From: Chrysomallon squamiferum
Taxonomy: Eukaryota; Animalia; Mollusca
Direction of reading: 5' to 3'
Length of the DNA stretch: 64,000 nt
Assembly (NCBI GenBank): GCA_012295275.1
Contig: CM022667.1
Span: 1,736,001 to 1,800,000, forward strand
In this document: positions 28,786 to 43,198 of the stretch, one piece after another
How the letters are laid out: every line of letters starts with the position of its first letter
Numbering within the stretch: the first letter of the stretch is position 1
Notes under the pieces: model-generated
What the model saw: the letters and a program-made list of their open reading frames with translations, nothing else
What the model was told of the DNA's origin: nothing
The model's database searches: none
Position numbers and translations under genes: made by a program

Positions 28786-30201
28786 GCTAATATAATTTTA
28801 TGCTGAGGTATCATTAAACATCTGTTTAATTCTTGAACCTGTTTAGTGCTGTTTAATATCTTTTTGAATTTTATTAATAGATTTGATGTACTCAAAACAA
28901 CAGCAATTAACTTTCTTTAGCAGAGCTAATAATTAAAATTTATTATATTTTATTATTTTTTTGAATTTTTACACTTTTCTTAATTTTGTGACTAATAATA
29001 TGTGTTCTGTTTTATATATCTTTTGACTGTAGTTTTCTTTAAAATATTACTACAGTTGTATCATCTGGAAAAAACAATGTATTCTGAGGTTAAGAACCTA
29101 ACTGACAATATTTATTTAAAAATGTTCATATTGTGATTTTAATCAGATTTGTATCAAAAATATTAATCATGAAATATTTACAAATTTTCAGGTAATTCTA
29201 TTAATAATACTGCTATTACTAATTATATAAAAAAATAATGAGTTGGTTAATTGGACGGCATGTTAATTTCACATTTCTCCAAACTGAATCTTTTTATTAT
29301 CAGTAGTACTGATACAGTATTATTTTGATTTTAAAATATTTTATTTCAACTTGTTTGTGTTCTTTAAAAAGAGATTATTTTATGTTTTGAGGTCTGTTTA
29401 TTGGCGTGTGTTGTTTAAACGATGTAAACCTGATGGCATGGGCATTCAGTCTGGATAGAAATAAAATACAAAAACAATTCTTGTTTTTAATTATTATGCA
29501 AATGAGAATGCTGATAAAAAATTCTGTCTGTTGTCCATAATACTGATACCAGCATGAAAATGTCTGAAACAATAATGTAATAATACCAATAGGCTCCACA
29601 CTCTTTTTAAAAAAAAAAAAAAAAAAAAAATTATTGGTATGTCTCACAAAGTGACATATTACACAAATTCTGAATATTAATTAAACACTTCTGGTTAATA
29701 AATAAATTCATTTTAACTGCTGAAATTAGTAAATGTGATGATAAAATATTTTCCTGGCTCAGTGTTCTATTAAATGTCGGTCAGTTTATTAAAATTCATT
29801 GTTCAGTGTGTAATCTAGAAATGGAAATAGTCTTTGGTATTAATAGTCACTGTAACAGTGTAAATAATCTGTAAGAATTTAATTTGAAACATATAACATA
29901 TAGTTCTTAATAACATAAATTTCTGTTGAAATGTATTAAATTTTATGAAAAACGAACAAAGATTATTTTAAAAAAAAAATTTATACCACAAAATATCAAT
30001 TTAATATCACAGTAACAATGAATGGACTGCCAAACAATCCAAATAAATTATAAAACATACTGACAGAAGAAAATAAAACCTGCTTTCAAAATTGCCTGAA
30101 GTGAGAATTATGGTAATACCATGGAAAGTTTGTAAAAATACTTGTGAGATAAATCTTTTTATTATTAAATCTTATTTATTTATAATAAGTGAATTAATTA
30201 G

Positions 30202-30232
<31 letters not shown>

Positions 30233-31277
30233 TAAAAAAGAAAATAACAATGTGGGAATAATAAAAATAAATAAACCCACCCAAAAAGAAAAAATATATT
30301 TTGAAAGCAGATTTCAGTGTAAAACAATCACACATAAAACATTAATTTACAAACACAACAAACATCAAACAAACAAATAAATAAATAAATAAATTAGGTT
30401 TTGTTATGACACATTTTTCAAAATATACCCGAAAACATACAGTATATACACACATACAGATTAAAGAACGAATGATTATAAAAAAAAAAAAAATAATAAT
30501 AAAAAAAAAAAAAAAAAAAAATAAAAAAAAAATATTATGGAAAAAGACGATAGAGGAAAAAAAAAACTCTTTCCCTATGACCAGCAATTATTTATGGCTA
30601 CTTTAATATAACGATCTTACAAAACTTCTTCAAAAAGGAAAAGCAGTCTTATTTTTTTAAACAAAAAAACTTTTTTCCTTTTCTGTTACCAGCAGAGTAA
30701 TTTAAACTCCAAAATGTCTACACAAATGCTTTGTGGAATTATGTTGAATTCAAATTACGTTGAAAATATTATTTGTAATAATATAAACTTGTAATGTGCC
30801 AAATGATTTTAAATTAATTTTACTCCAGTTCTGTTCAGGTTCTGCTATATTCTGTTAGTGTCTTTAAATATCTGAAATATTTTCACCTGTCCTAACCACA
30901 CTTATTCCATCCCCAGCTAGCACAATTACTTGGCCTAATGTAGGCCCTCATCTGGCCTCAATGTGGGCCACCACATTAACGATTTGAAAACACCATCAGA
31001 ATAATACCAAAATGTCTTTGATTCAAACCTGGGTGTTAAACTGAGGTCATACTGTCCCATTTTTCAGAAAACCATAAACACATAACATGAATAACAAGCA
31101 GAAATATTTTCTTGAAAAATTAAAAAATAAAAGTTAAAAATAAATATAGTAACATTATCAACAATCTGTATTCTTCCTTTTGCAGAAAGAAATGATTGTC
31201 TGTTAAAGACGTACAAATAAGTAAGCAGGTAAATAAATAAATAAATTAAATTAAATTGTCTGACAAGAATTTGATTC

Positions 31278-32692
31278 TCATGAGTTTGCAATCTGAAGGT
31301 CACCGACAAGTTTTCTGATCAGCAGATTTTCTTCTGTATCTAGCGAAGCAATTTCTTTTGAGAATATTTTGCTGGCATCTGAAAAAAGAAGAAATTATAG
31401 ATAAGAAATAAAAATATATTTTTTCAATTTACTAGTTTATTTAGTCAACAAATAAGAAATGAAAGCAATATAAAAGCTAAAGAAACAATTCTGATCAAAA
31501 CTTTAAACTGATTTAAAAAATAAAATTGCTTGAAATTCAAAAATGATTAATAAAATATTTATATAAAGTCTGAATTGGGGATTCTGAAAAAAAAAATCAT
31601 TAAAGTTTTATATAACTAAGTCTTAAATGATCAGAAATGAGCTTTCATTAAAGACATCATTGTATGTATAAAAAAGCAAGAATCTGTTTCAGTTTTCTAA
31701 TCTTTCATTAACCCTCTCACTTGCTCACTGATTTATTCACTCACACTCACAGACATGCGAGAGATTTTCATGTGAGCAGTATAGATATTTTCTGTCTGTT
31801 TTCTACTCACCTTTTCCAAAGATGTTTTTCATTTGCGTCAAGAAATTGCCAAAGATATTCATCAAAGTACAATCATCCTGACAAAAGAAAAAAAGAAAAA
31901 CAAATCTCAAAAATACATTAATTTTCTGAATTTTTCTTTTGAAATTATTCAGTTAAAGGGATCAAATTACAATTACATATTCGTATTTGTTCCATCAATA
32001 AAGCTTAATCATTTAAGTGTTTCTGAGTGTCTGTATCTTTGTCTATGTTTCTGTGTTAACAGATTTAAATGTAATTTATGGTAATATGAGATGCTTTGTT
32101 ACATTTGTACAAAAATGAAACCTTGCCTCATTTAATGCTTTTCCAACTGTCATGCGACAAGAGTTTAAGTATTTCTCTGTGTGTCTCTCTGTGTTAACAT
32201 AGTTCAATGTTATTTATGGTAATATAAGGAGTATTTTTTGTTTTTTTACATTTGTATAGAGATGAAAATATTGCCTCATTTAATGCCTTTTGTATCTGTC
32301 ATGTGATCCATTATGCCAGAGGCACACACAGACACACACTACCATACCATCCCTACACTATTTATACCTCTTCTTCGTCACTCCAGCTATCCCAGTCGGA
32401 GTCATCATCTGTGTTTTCTTTGTCTCCGTTCTGACTGCTTCCATCCTCACTCCTCATGCTGCCAGCGCGAGACTTGACAGCCAGACTGAAACTTCCACTG
32501 TTACAGCTGACGTTGAGTGACAGACACTCAGAGTACACAGACGCCAAATCCTCGTCTGGGGAGAGAGAATAAGTTTAATTATTACACGAAAATAATTAAA
32601 TTTTTTTTTATTATTTCAATAATTTTTTATATTGAGATAAAAACAGAGAGTGAGAGAGAGGGAGAGGAAGAGAGAGAGAAAGGGAGAGGGAA

Positions 32693-32723
<31 letters not shown>

Positions 32724-33823
32724 TATTTATAACCTGTGAGAGAAATAATTTTTATTATTAGACAAATATTGATTATAAAAAAGAGAACAACAACAACAAC
32801 AAAAAGTTAGTATTTCAACAAATTTTTATAACATTTTATAAATTGTTGCAAACAAATACAGCTATTATGCCTAATTTATGCAGTGATAGTGTAAGAGTTG
32901 GTGACTTAAGAAAATGAAATTATGAAAGCAGTAGCTTAAAAGACTAATATTAAAAACACATCAACACATCAGTGTGTATGTATTTGTATGAAATTATCTT
33001 TCAGATATAGTTAAAACTGGAAAAATATAAGTTTTACATACTCAAGAGGTTTCAAATCTGATTTAAATTTGATTCATCATTTAAATAATCAACTTTTTTT
33101 TGAATTTTTTTTTTTTTTATTTTTAACTGTAGATGTTATTTATATTTCAAGGAGACCTGGTCAAATCACGAGTTTTTAAATCAGATCTTATTTTCAGTCC
33201 ACCATTATTATTTACCTGGATAAGCACTATCATCGCAGTCCAGTTCTGACCAGTGTCCATTTGCCTGATTCAATGAGTCCAACCAGAACAAGTTGATATC
33301 GGAGTCCTGATCAGTCCTTGGTGACAAATCACAACTTAGTAATCTTTGTCGCTAAAATAATAAACAAAAAAACTAAATAATAATAATAATAAACAAAAAT
33401 TAAAATCATATGAATCAAGCTTTTACAGATTGTAAGTTTATTAACAATTCTTTTTCTCAGGCAAAACAAAACTTCAAAAATCAACATACAGATCAATCAC
33501 ATTTGAGATTGTATTCATAAAAAGAAACTGCACATGGTCAAATTAAAAACATCCCTAAAAACATCCCAAAAAACAACAAAAACAAAACAAACAGAAAAAA
33601 CCCCAAACACTCAAATAAAAAAGGGAAAGGTAAAAAAAAAAGAAAGAAAATCTTACATCTCCAATTCTGGCACAGACACTTTTGAAAATCATTCTCAGAT
33701 GTCTTGTAGGATTGATGGGTCGACACATAACCAGGTAAACATTGAGAACCTTCTGAAGTAGCTGACTGTCAAAACTCTGCAACATGTAAGTAAGAACACA
33801 CTTAAATATATACATAAGTACAT

Positions 33824-33869
<46 letters not shown>

Positions 33870-36800
33870 TTCATACATACATGTATACATACACAGACAC
33901 TTCATTTATGCATTCATACTCATGCTTATACATAAACATATATGAATATAAACAGACATAGCTACATATATATACATAATACACAGAGAAACATACATCA
34001 CTAATGTATCTATTCATTATATACAACACAAATTAAATCTTGCTTCATTAATCATTTTCAAATTATACACTTGCTACTTTCTGTAAATAAAAAAAAAAAA
34101 AAAAAAAAAGATTAAAAAAAAAAAAATAAAAAAAAGGTTTAATTTTTTATCTAAGACATGAATTTTGTCCCATTTTTTTAACAACACAACTAGAGACAAA
34201 TCTGATACCAAAGACAAAAATCTTTACTTATCTGAATTAACACTTTTTATTTTACCTTCATTGCAATGACTGCAGCTAATTCTTTCAGTGTGAAATAAAT
34301 AGCTTGCAGAGACGAACGTCTTACGTCCCCGTCAGTGAGTTTCAGAACTTCTTCAACAACAAAATGAGCTTCACTGCTCAGGCTGGAGATAAACAACACA
34401 ACTGACTATTTAACAAACAGACACTCTTATTTTATATACATTTTCTATTGTTGTTTTATTTCTTAACAGCAACTACTGTTTACTGTTAATAAAATATTTT
34501 AAATAATGAAAACAAGAACTGCTGTTTTTAAATTTTGCGACTAAAACCATGATGTCATTTCATATTTAAATTTTTGTTATAGTGTTCAAGCCTGTGATTA
34601 TCCCTAATTTGTTTTAGAACCACATAGCTTTGTAAAACACAGAAAACTTTTTTTTTTGTTAACTCATAGCACCATCAGAGCTGTTAAATATTTAGAGAAT
34701 TCTGTTTAGTTAGTATCTGGATTCATTCAGTTTAACTGTTATAGGATAAAGGTGAATACGTGTATATTACCTTCTAAGCAGAGATTTGCATGAAGAAACA
34801 TCAGCAACGAAGAGGCCAACGTTGTGTGCCAACATCGGCAGACAGTCAGCAGCATCTGACAGAGACAACAACCGGAGAAACGCTGGAAGGCTGCAGATCA
34901 TTTTCTTCATAAACACTTTTTCTACCTGGAAAATAATTTCATTAATATGCGAGTTCAAAATGTCAAGCTTTTCTGAAACAGAAACAACTTTTACTATCTA
35001 CAAACAGTAAAACAGTTTCTTTAATATACAGTGTCCAAATTTTCTGAAGCAGAATCACATTTTTCTACTTGTAAACAGTAACATCATTTTATAAATTAGT
35101 TCATTATCGATTATGTTAAATTTTACAAAGAATTTTATTTTTCCCCCAGATTGACAAATATAAAGACTTCATCTATCAAAAATCAGAAAAACTGTAACTT
35201 GAATTCATTTATTATTTCCAAATGTGTACCGAGATTTTTTTTTTTTACATTTTGACAGAAGAATGATTTATTTTTCAAATATAAACAGTTTTGCTGTCTA
35301 AAAATCACAAAGATCCATTCATGAATTAGTCAGTTTATTTGTTTATTAATGTACACTTTAACAAATCTGTACCTGTCGTGCACACTGTGTATCACTATCT
35401 GGTCGTACAAGACAACAGCTAAAAAGAGAAAAATAAAAAAATAAATACATACACACGCAGTCGTATATCTTTTTTAATAAATTAAGTTCTCTGTATTGAC
35501 TGTAAAAATCATTAACTTTATTATCACTAGTGGAAAATACAATAAGCTGATAAAATAAAAATTAAAAAATTTATAAGCAATCAAAGTAATTATTTTATAT
35601 TATATATATGGACATCCAAGAAAAGGACATGTTGTAGAATAGTTTAGCTTTCTCTGAAGCTTGAACAGTGATGTGAAACCTAAAAAAAAAAAAAAGTTCC
35701 TTGTAGTCATATATCTATTATTGAAATACTCACCTCAAGTATCCGTAATGTGGAGATGTGAAGTTGTTAGCAGAACAGTCAAACAGCTCTTGTGATATTC
35801 GACTGTTTGGATGTGCAAAACAAAACAGATTTTTCCAAAATGTTACCACCAAGTGTCCTAGATGTGTTTTCTGAAAAACAAACAAAATTAGACTTACACG
35901 AATATATAAGAACAAAGTGGTGCAGTAGTTATTTGAAATATTTAAAAGTTTAGTTAGATTGTTTTGAAATGTTGCTGTGCTGTGAAAATGGTAAGAAACA
36001 AAATAATAAAAAGAGATAGTTGTTGTGGTGGTAGTTGTGGTAATCATGATGATCATCAACATCATCATGTAAATGCTGTATATGGTTTGATACTGTTACT
36101 GGTAATGGTGATGGTAATGATGGTGATGTTAATGATTATAATGATGACAGTGATGATCTGACTGTTGTAAATGGTGGTAACTGTCTTGACAATTATGTTT
36201 ATAAATTAGCAGCAGTAGTAAATATATTAATAACAATAACAATAACAATAACAATAACAATATAAATGGAAATTCTTACCTGATCATCAGAAATTTCAAA
36301 ATGGAGGAGTGTAACAGTGATGGTTTCTGCAGACAGAACTGACAGACGGTCGAAGCAGTTTCTTTTTATGACATGTTTTCAACTAGAGTCAGACATCTGT
36401 GTACATTGTTCTGTACACAGTCCACAATTCCCTTCACTGCTTCTCTCGACTGTGCAGATTCCTAGAACATTGATATATATATATACACACACATACCCAC
36501 ATACACACATAAAATGACTAAAATTATTTCTTTATTAAGGGTAAATGTGTGATAAAATAGTAATAGTAATATTAATGTTGTTGATGGTAATCATAATAAT
36601 AATAATAATGTGTGTTCAGAAATATTAAAACTGATCCTAATTTATTTCACAAATTTCTGAACAATAACTTTTAATAAATATATAAACAGAACACAATAAA
36701 ATAAGCTTTAAAGAAATATCCAGTGACAGGAAAAAATAAGAATAATAATAATAAAAAGAATAAATAAAAAAATAAATAAATAAATAAAATTGAATAAAAT

Positions 36801-39800
36801 CAAGAAATATAAAATCTAAACATGATCATTTTGGCCTCAAAAGAAAGATGAGTTAAAATATGTAAATATAATTTTTCAAAACATAATTAAAAAAACATAA
36901 GCACAATAAAAGTAATCTTATTTTTTTAAACTATTTTATTTGTTTTAAAATACAAACTAACCTTCCATTGTCCAGAAGCTCTGTGGAGTACAGTTTGTAA
37001 CCGGGCAGCATGCACCACATTTTCTCTGAGCAGAAACAAAGCCATGTATTTATACAGATCTGAACTTGTTGGCTTTATTCTCTTCCATATACTGAGCATA
37101 ATATCACAGCCGTACCATCGAATCACTTCAGCCAGGTATGGAAACACCTAATCAAAACACAGTATAAAAATAATTAGTATGAAGTATGGAAATACTAAAT
37201 AAAACAGTATAAAAATAATTAGTATGAAGTATGAAAATACTAAATAAAACAGAGTATAAAAATAATTAGTTTGAAGTATAGAAACACCTAAACTAAACAT
37301 AGTATAAAAATAATTAGTTTGAAGTATGAAGATACTAAATAAAACAGAGAGAGAAAAAATAATTAATCTGAAATATGGAAATACTAAACAAAACATAGTA
37401 TAAAAATAAATAGTATAAAGTATGGAAAAACTAAACAAAACATAGTATAAAAATAATTAATTTAAAGTATGGAAAAACCTAAACAAAATATAGTATAAAA
37501 AGAATTAGTTTGAATTATAGATAGTTATAAAACTGAACAGCTTTTTGAATAATATATCTGCAAAAAAAAAAAAAAAATACAGATCATAAAATACATATGC
37601 AAAGAGGCTAGTAAATTAGGGATAAGTGAGATTAGGGATACACAGATTAGAGATAATTTAATTTTTTTGTTATGAGAAAAGAGACAATAAATCATTATCA
37701 AGTTGTCATAAAATTAAACATTTACATAAAAGCACTGATGGTCTGTTGCTAATAAATAAAATTCTTTGTTCAGAAAAATATTTTGTACATAAATGGTAAA
37801 AAGTACTAAAATTATTTAACAAAAGTTTTATTCTCATGTTTGTTTTTGATATATACAGGAAAATTTAATCAATATTTTATGGTTTAGGAAATATTTTTAG
37901 TTTGTTAAAATGTCTTCAAATATATATGAAAAGGCATCTTGTAAATAAAAAATTAAAAAATATACACAAATAGTTTATTTAGGTAATCTTAAAAGATATG
38001 AAAAAGGAAATTACTATTTATTATTTTTGTTCTAATAACTTGGTGAAAAAAAAATATAGTAAGAATTACTGAATATTTAAAATTCTTTCTTGAAAAAAGA
38101 AAAATCAATTTTCTGTTAATTTGAAAATCTAAAAGCAACATAAACAATAAATGGGATTCTGATCTCTGTGATTTCACTGTACGAATAAATTCCAGTGATA
38201 AATATTAAACCACTGACATTCTTAAAATCACTTAAAACCAGGAGAGAAGTGGAAGAATTAAAATTTAAAACAACGTATTTACAAACGAAATTCTAGCTAA
38301 GAGAAAAACATCTCATTGTCCATGCAACGTGCTAATCTTTTAATCAGACACATTTGTTAACTGAAAATGAAGATAAACAAAAGAAAAGAAACCTGCAGAG
38401 CTATTCTCCTGAGTTCCCACTGTGAGTGAGCCAGACATTCCACCGTCTGGTACAACATCAGTTCAAACAGGTCTCGACAGCTCGTGAAATTCAGAGACGT
38501 TAAATTCATTTCTTCTGACCTGAAATTTGAACAATTTAAAATAAATTAAATATAGTACAAATAATTTTAAATGTATAATTAATATTTGCTCATATTTAAA
38601 AGAGTAACATAACAATGATGTATATAAAAAAATATTCCATTAAATAAAAAATAATAAATGTTATAAAAATAAAATAAGGAAGAAAAGAAAAACATAACTG
38701 CCACTAAATATATATAAAACAAATTTTTAAATAATGTAATATTAAACTAATTTCAGAAAAAAATAAAAGTTTTTTTTCATAACTTACTTTTGAACCTCTG
38801 AACTCCCACATAGAAATTTCATGACATTTCCTTGTATTTTTTCAATTCTTTCTGCATTCTCTCCATTGATTATCTGAAATATTTAAATTTATTTTTTTAA
38901 CATAGTTTTGGGTTCTTTTTTTTTTCAAAGTATCAGATTTTTACAATTTTCACAAAAATGGAAGACAGAATCAAACATTCTGACATTTTAATTGAACATT
39001 TAAACATTATTAATTGTTGAATCAAAATAAATTATCTCAAAATACAGAATCCTTTCTTGTTCAATTACTAAAATAAAATTTAATTGAAACTGAAATGATT
39101 TAAAACTTGGTTACAAGCTAATGATATGATAGCAAAACTTTAGAGATTTGGTATTTTAAAATAGCAGAAAACAATTGTGGATTATGTAAAAATATTAATA
39201 GAAATGAAACAGTTCTTAATTTAATGAAGCTACAAACATATTTTTAATCTGTGGTTATAAAGTAAAACTTTGTCTTACTTTCATGTAAAATGCATCTAGC
39301 ATTTTTGACTGGCTTAATAACGAATGTCCTTCTAATGAAGATGCAAGCTTTGCAAAACATTCTGCTTCATCTGTAGGCCTTTAAAACAACAAAGATTTAA
39401 CTGAGTGAAAATGTTCAATCAACACTCAACCAATCAAAATAAACAGAGTGAGAACATTTTACATACTGAATTTAATTACAATATCCTATCATAAATATAG
39501 TACTAATTAATAAAGTGGCTTTAAAAATAATTTGTGCTAATTTGTGAGTCAAAAATAATTACTTTTTTTTAAAATTATATAAATTAAAAAAATTATTATG
39601 TTAAAAGAAAAGAAATCTCATATTTATCATTTTGAGGCAAGGTTAATATAAATAGACATACAGATCTTGTTAGATTACTTTCTACAATAACTATATCCTT
39701 TATTTTTAAGAATATAACTGGACAAATTAAAATGCATTTCTAATAACTACAATATTTCTTTTTTATATTGGTTAGTGAAAGTAAAAAACACTAGTAATTA

Positions 39801-40590
39801 TAATTATTTACTTTTTATCATTTAGATGGTTTGATAAAGGAAAAAGAACTCTGAGATGGGTCAGAGACAGTTATCTACCTTGCGTCATCACCATTCTGCT
39901 CCCAGTGCAGTCTGAGTCTTTGATTGGCCTCAGAACTAAAAATGTTGCATACATGATCTTTGATAACGTAACGGCAGATTGATTCATAAGCAAACAGACG
40001 TCCTTCGTTGCCTTCCCACGAACCTGTAACACATTTCAGATTTTGTACACTTTCTTGTATATAAAGAGGAACATTTCTTTTTTAAAAAAAACCAAAAAAA
40101 AAAAACACACAAAGCAAATACAACAAAAAATAATGCAATAAAATAAAAATAAAACATAGAGGAAGAAAATAATTACAGTAATTTATAAAAAAAAATAATA
40201 ATTAAAAAACCTGACTTATGGAACAGTGTTGCAGCTTGTGTTTTCTTTCTTATTTAATACAGATATTTCCATTAATGTTGTTAGTATTTACTTATTTAAT
40301 GACAAAGAAAAACAAACAAAATGTAACTGTTTTTTTGTTACCTTTTTGTGATCTGGATATGACATCACAGTTTTCATCAAGGCTGGGGATCCAGTCTTTT
40401 GACAAACACTCCAAAACAAGCTGGAAGAGTACTGGGTTGTTGTTTGATCGTTGTACTAGAGTTATAAATAAATAAACAAACAAACAAATAAATAAATAAA
40501 ATAAGTAAATTAATTAGTAAGTAAGTAAGTAAGTAAACAAAGAAAAAAGAAATAGTTCTCGGTTATTATTTGATTGTTGTTCTGAAGTTA

Positions 40591-40633
<43 letters not shown>

Positions 40634-41076
40634 GAAAGAAAAGTTCTTGGTTATTATTTAATTGTTGTACTGAAGTTATAAACAAACAAACAAACAAAAA
40701 ATATGAATTATGAATAATGAATTAAAATTTTGAATCAGTTTATTATTATAATTAAGGTAATAATTCACAGATTTATAAATTTATTTTCAAACATGTAAAA
40801 ACAACAAAATAATAACTTGGAAATATGAATGACTTTATCAGACCATTTACTGATGCTGCTACAGTAGTCACACTTTAGTTTTATGATCTGTGTTATTAAC
40901 AGTAACAACAAGAGAAACGTACCGAGAAGTTTGAAGATATTACTGGTGCTCTGTCTAACTGTGGAGGCAGGATGCGACAACAACTCAACTAGTACAGGCC
41001 AGTACTTACACCATTCTGTTACTAGTTGATACTTTGGTAGTGACTGTAAAATAAAAAAAAAAAAAAAAATAAAAAA

Positions 41077-41115
<39 letters not shown>

Positions 41116-42114
41116 AAAAAAAAAAAAAAAAAAAAAAAATAAATAAATAAATAAATTAATAAAAAAAAAAAAATATATAGAATAAGACACTTATTTAATG
41201 GATCTTGATTTGACAGACTTGTCATTAGGGGAAAAAAAATTTGGCGGGCCTGATTACTTTATGCCTGAAACCAATTCTTGAATTATTCACCTGTGACCAT
41301 GGGTGTCAACTGGTCATGTGGGTGGGGCAGGAGGTGTGGATGGATGAGTCAGGGTTACATGTATTTTAGGGTGTTAACCATATATTATTATTTAAAATTA
41401 ATGTAATTAATGTGAATCTTGTGAAAACATCCAGCATTTATATAATGTCCTGTTAGTCTGCTAAAACTGAGAGTGGATTTTATAGTAAAATATAATTAAA
41501 AACATCCTCACTGTGGTAGATTGAGTTATCAGAGCTCATCAAATATTTGACTTGGAAGAAATCACCTTTTCATCAATCTATCTATTTTGCTTTAAATGCA
41601 TTTATTAAATTAAAATGTGTATCTACTCATCCAATTTATACATTCAATGTTTCACAAGTGAATTTATAATAACAAATGATGTACTTCAACACCATTTTGT
41701 AAAATTACTAGGCTAAATAAATTAATAATAAAACAAATTAGAAAATGTCTGACCTTAAAAATAAAGTGACAGATGCTCAGAAGACCTTCAGCTTTATATG
41801 CATCCACATTACAGCAACCTGCTTTCTGAAATCATTAACAGAAAAATAAAAATAAAAATTAATTTGGATCCGGAAAATATAAATTTTAGTGAAATCACAC
41901 CATTCACATACTATCAGTGTTAAAATTACTAAATGGTTAGTGAAGCAGACATCAAACATTAAACCAATTTAAGCTGATGTTGATGTTATTCAATATGCAC
42001 TCTTTCCAGTAGCAAATATACACAGTTGAGTTGGTATATGTGTTAGATTGCATGTCTGTATGTGGGCTGCAGTTTACAGAACAATACATGAACTGTGTGT
42101 TGGTGTCTGTCTGA

Positions 42115-42146
<32 letters not shown>

Positions 42147-43154
42147 GTGTGCGTGTCTGTGTCAGTGCATGTGTGCATATCCATGTGTGTGCTTACATGT
42201 GTATATTTCTTTGGGTAGGGACAATGCAGGCTATTAAAGTGCTGTGTAATTTGAATTACCTTTTCATCATCCTTCTCCTTGGAATCCAGTAACGTCATAA
42301 CCTTTTCTAATGTTTTTAAAGTCTCCTGAAATTTAAAAATAGAAATAAATAAAATAAAAAAATAAATAAACAGACACATACATTACAACAGCAATTTATA
42401 AACATTTAGAAACAAAACTATTTTCATTTTCACTGAAAACCACTGACATTATATTAACAATATTTCATTTCTGTGTTACCATAAACCAGTGACCGTTTTG
42501 TTGCCTCTGGTGAGATACCTTGACATGCTAGAAGACTGCCATTTTCAAGATATCTGAGCATAACACACTAGCTGAAATTAAGACTAATATTTCACTTGTT
42601 AGATAGAGCTGTGGAGGAACTGGCGTACAGCATTATTTTTCTGTGTTTTATATACAGTAAAAATAGATAATTTTCCCCCAAATTCCTTGTACTGGGAAGT
42701 ACTGAAAGATTTAGGAAAATTAGCAAAAAAAAAAAAAAAAAAAAAAAATATTATCCATTATTAATTTTGCAAGGAAATTAATTTCTCTTTTTATCGTCTT
42801 TAGGATATTTATGCTAACAAATGAGAAGACACAACACAAAGCCTAGTCACAGAAGAAACAAACCGTTTGAGTGGTTGAGCTGATGTAAAGAGAAAAAGCT
42901 TTAGCTGCTGTTTCCCTGATTGTCAGTTGTGAATGGCACACCAGTGAAAATATGATGTTGTGAATGTTGTGACTGATGACGTCAGGCATTGCTGTATGTG
43001 TCTGTTAATTAAAAATATTAACAAATGTTAATAACACTGTGAACAAATCATAATCATGTAGTTTTGGTCCAGGTAAATTATGATATGAAAAAAAAAAAGA
43101 AAAAAATTCTTAAATATTCATCTAGTATTATTGTAAATTGATAGTTCATTTATC

Positions 43155-43198
<44 letters not shown>

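Noticed and set aside
37136-37520. Regularly spaced repeats resembling a CRISPR array (also 61720-61892)
   Set aside because: Head-to-tail units without unique spacers, inside spliceosomal introns, and no cas genes.
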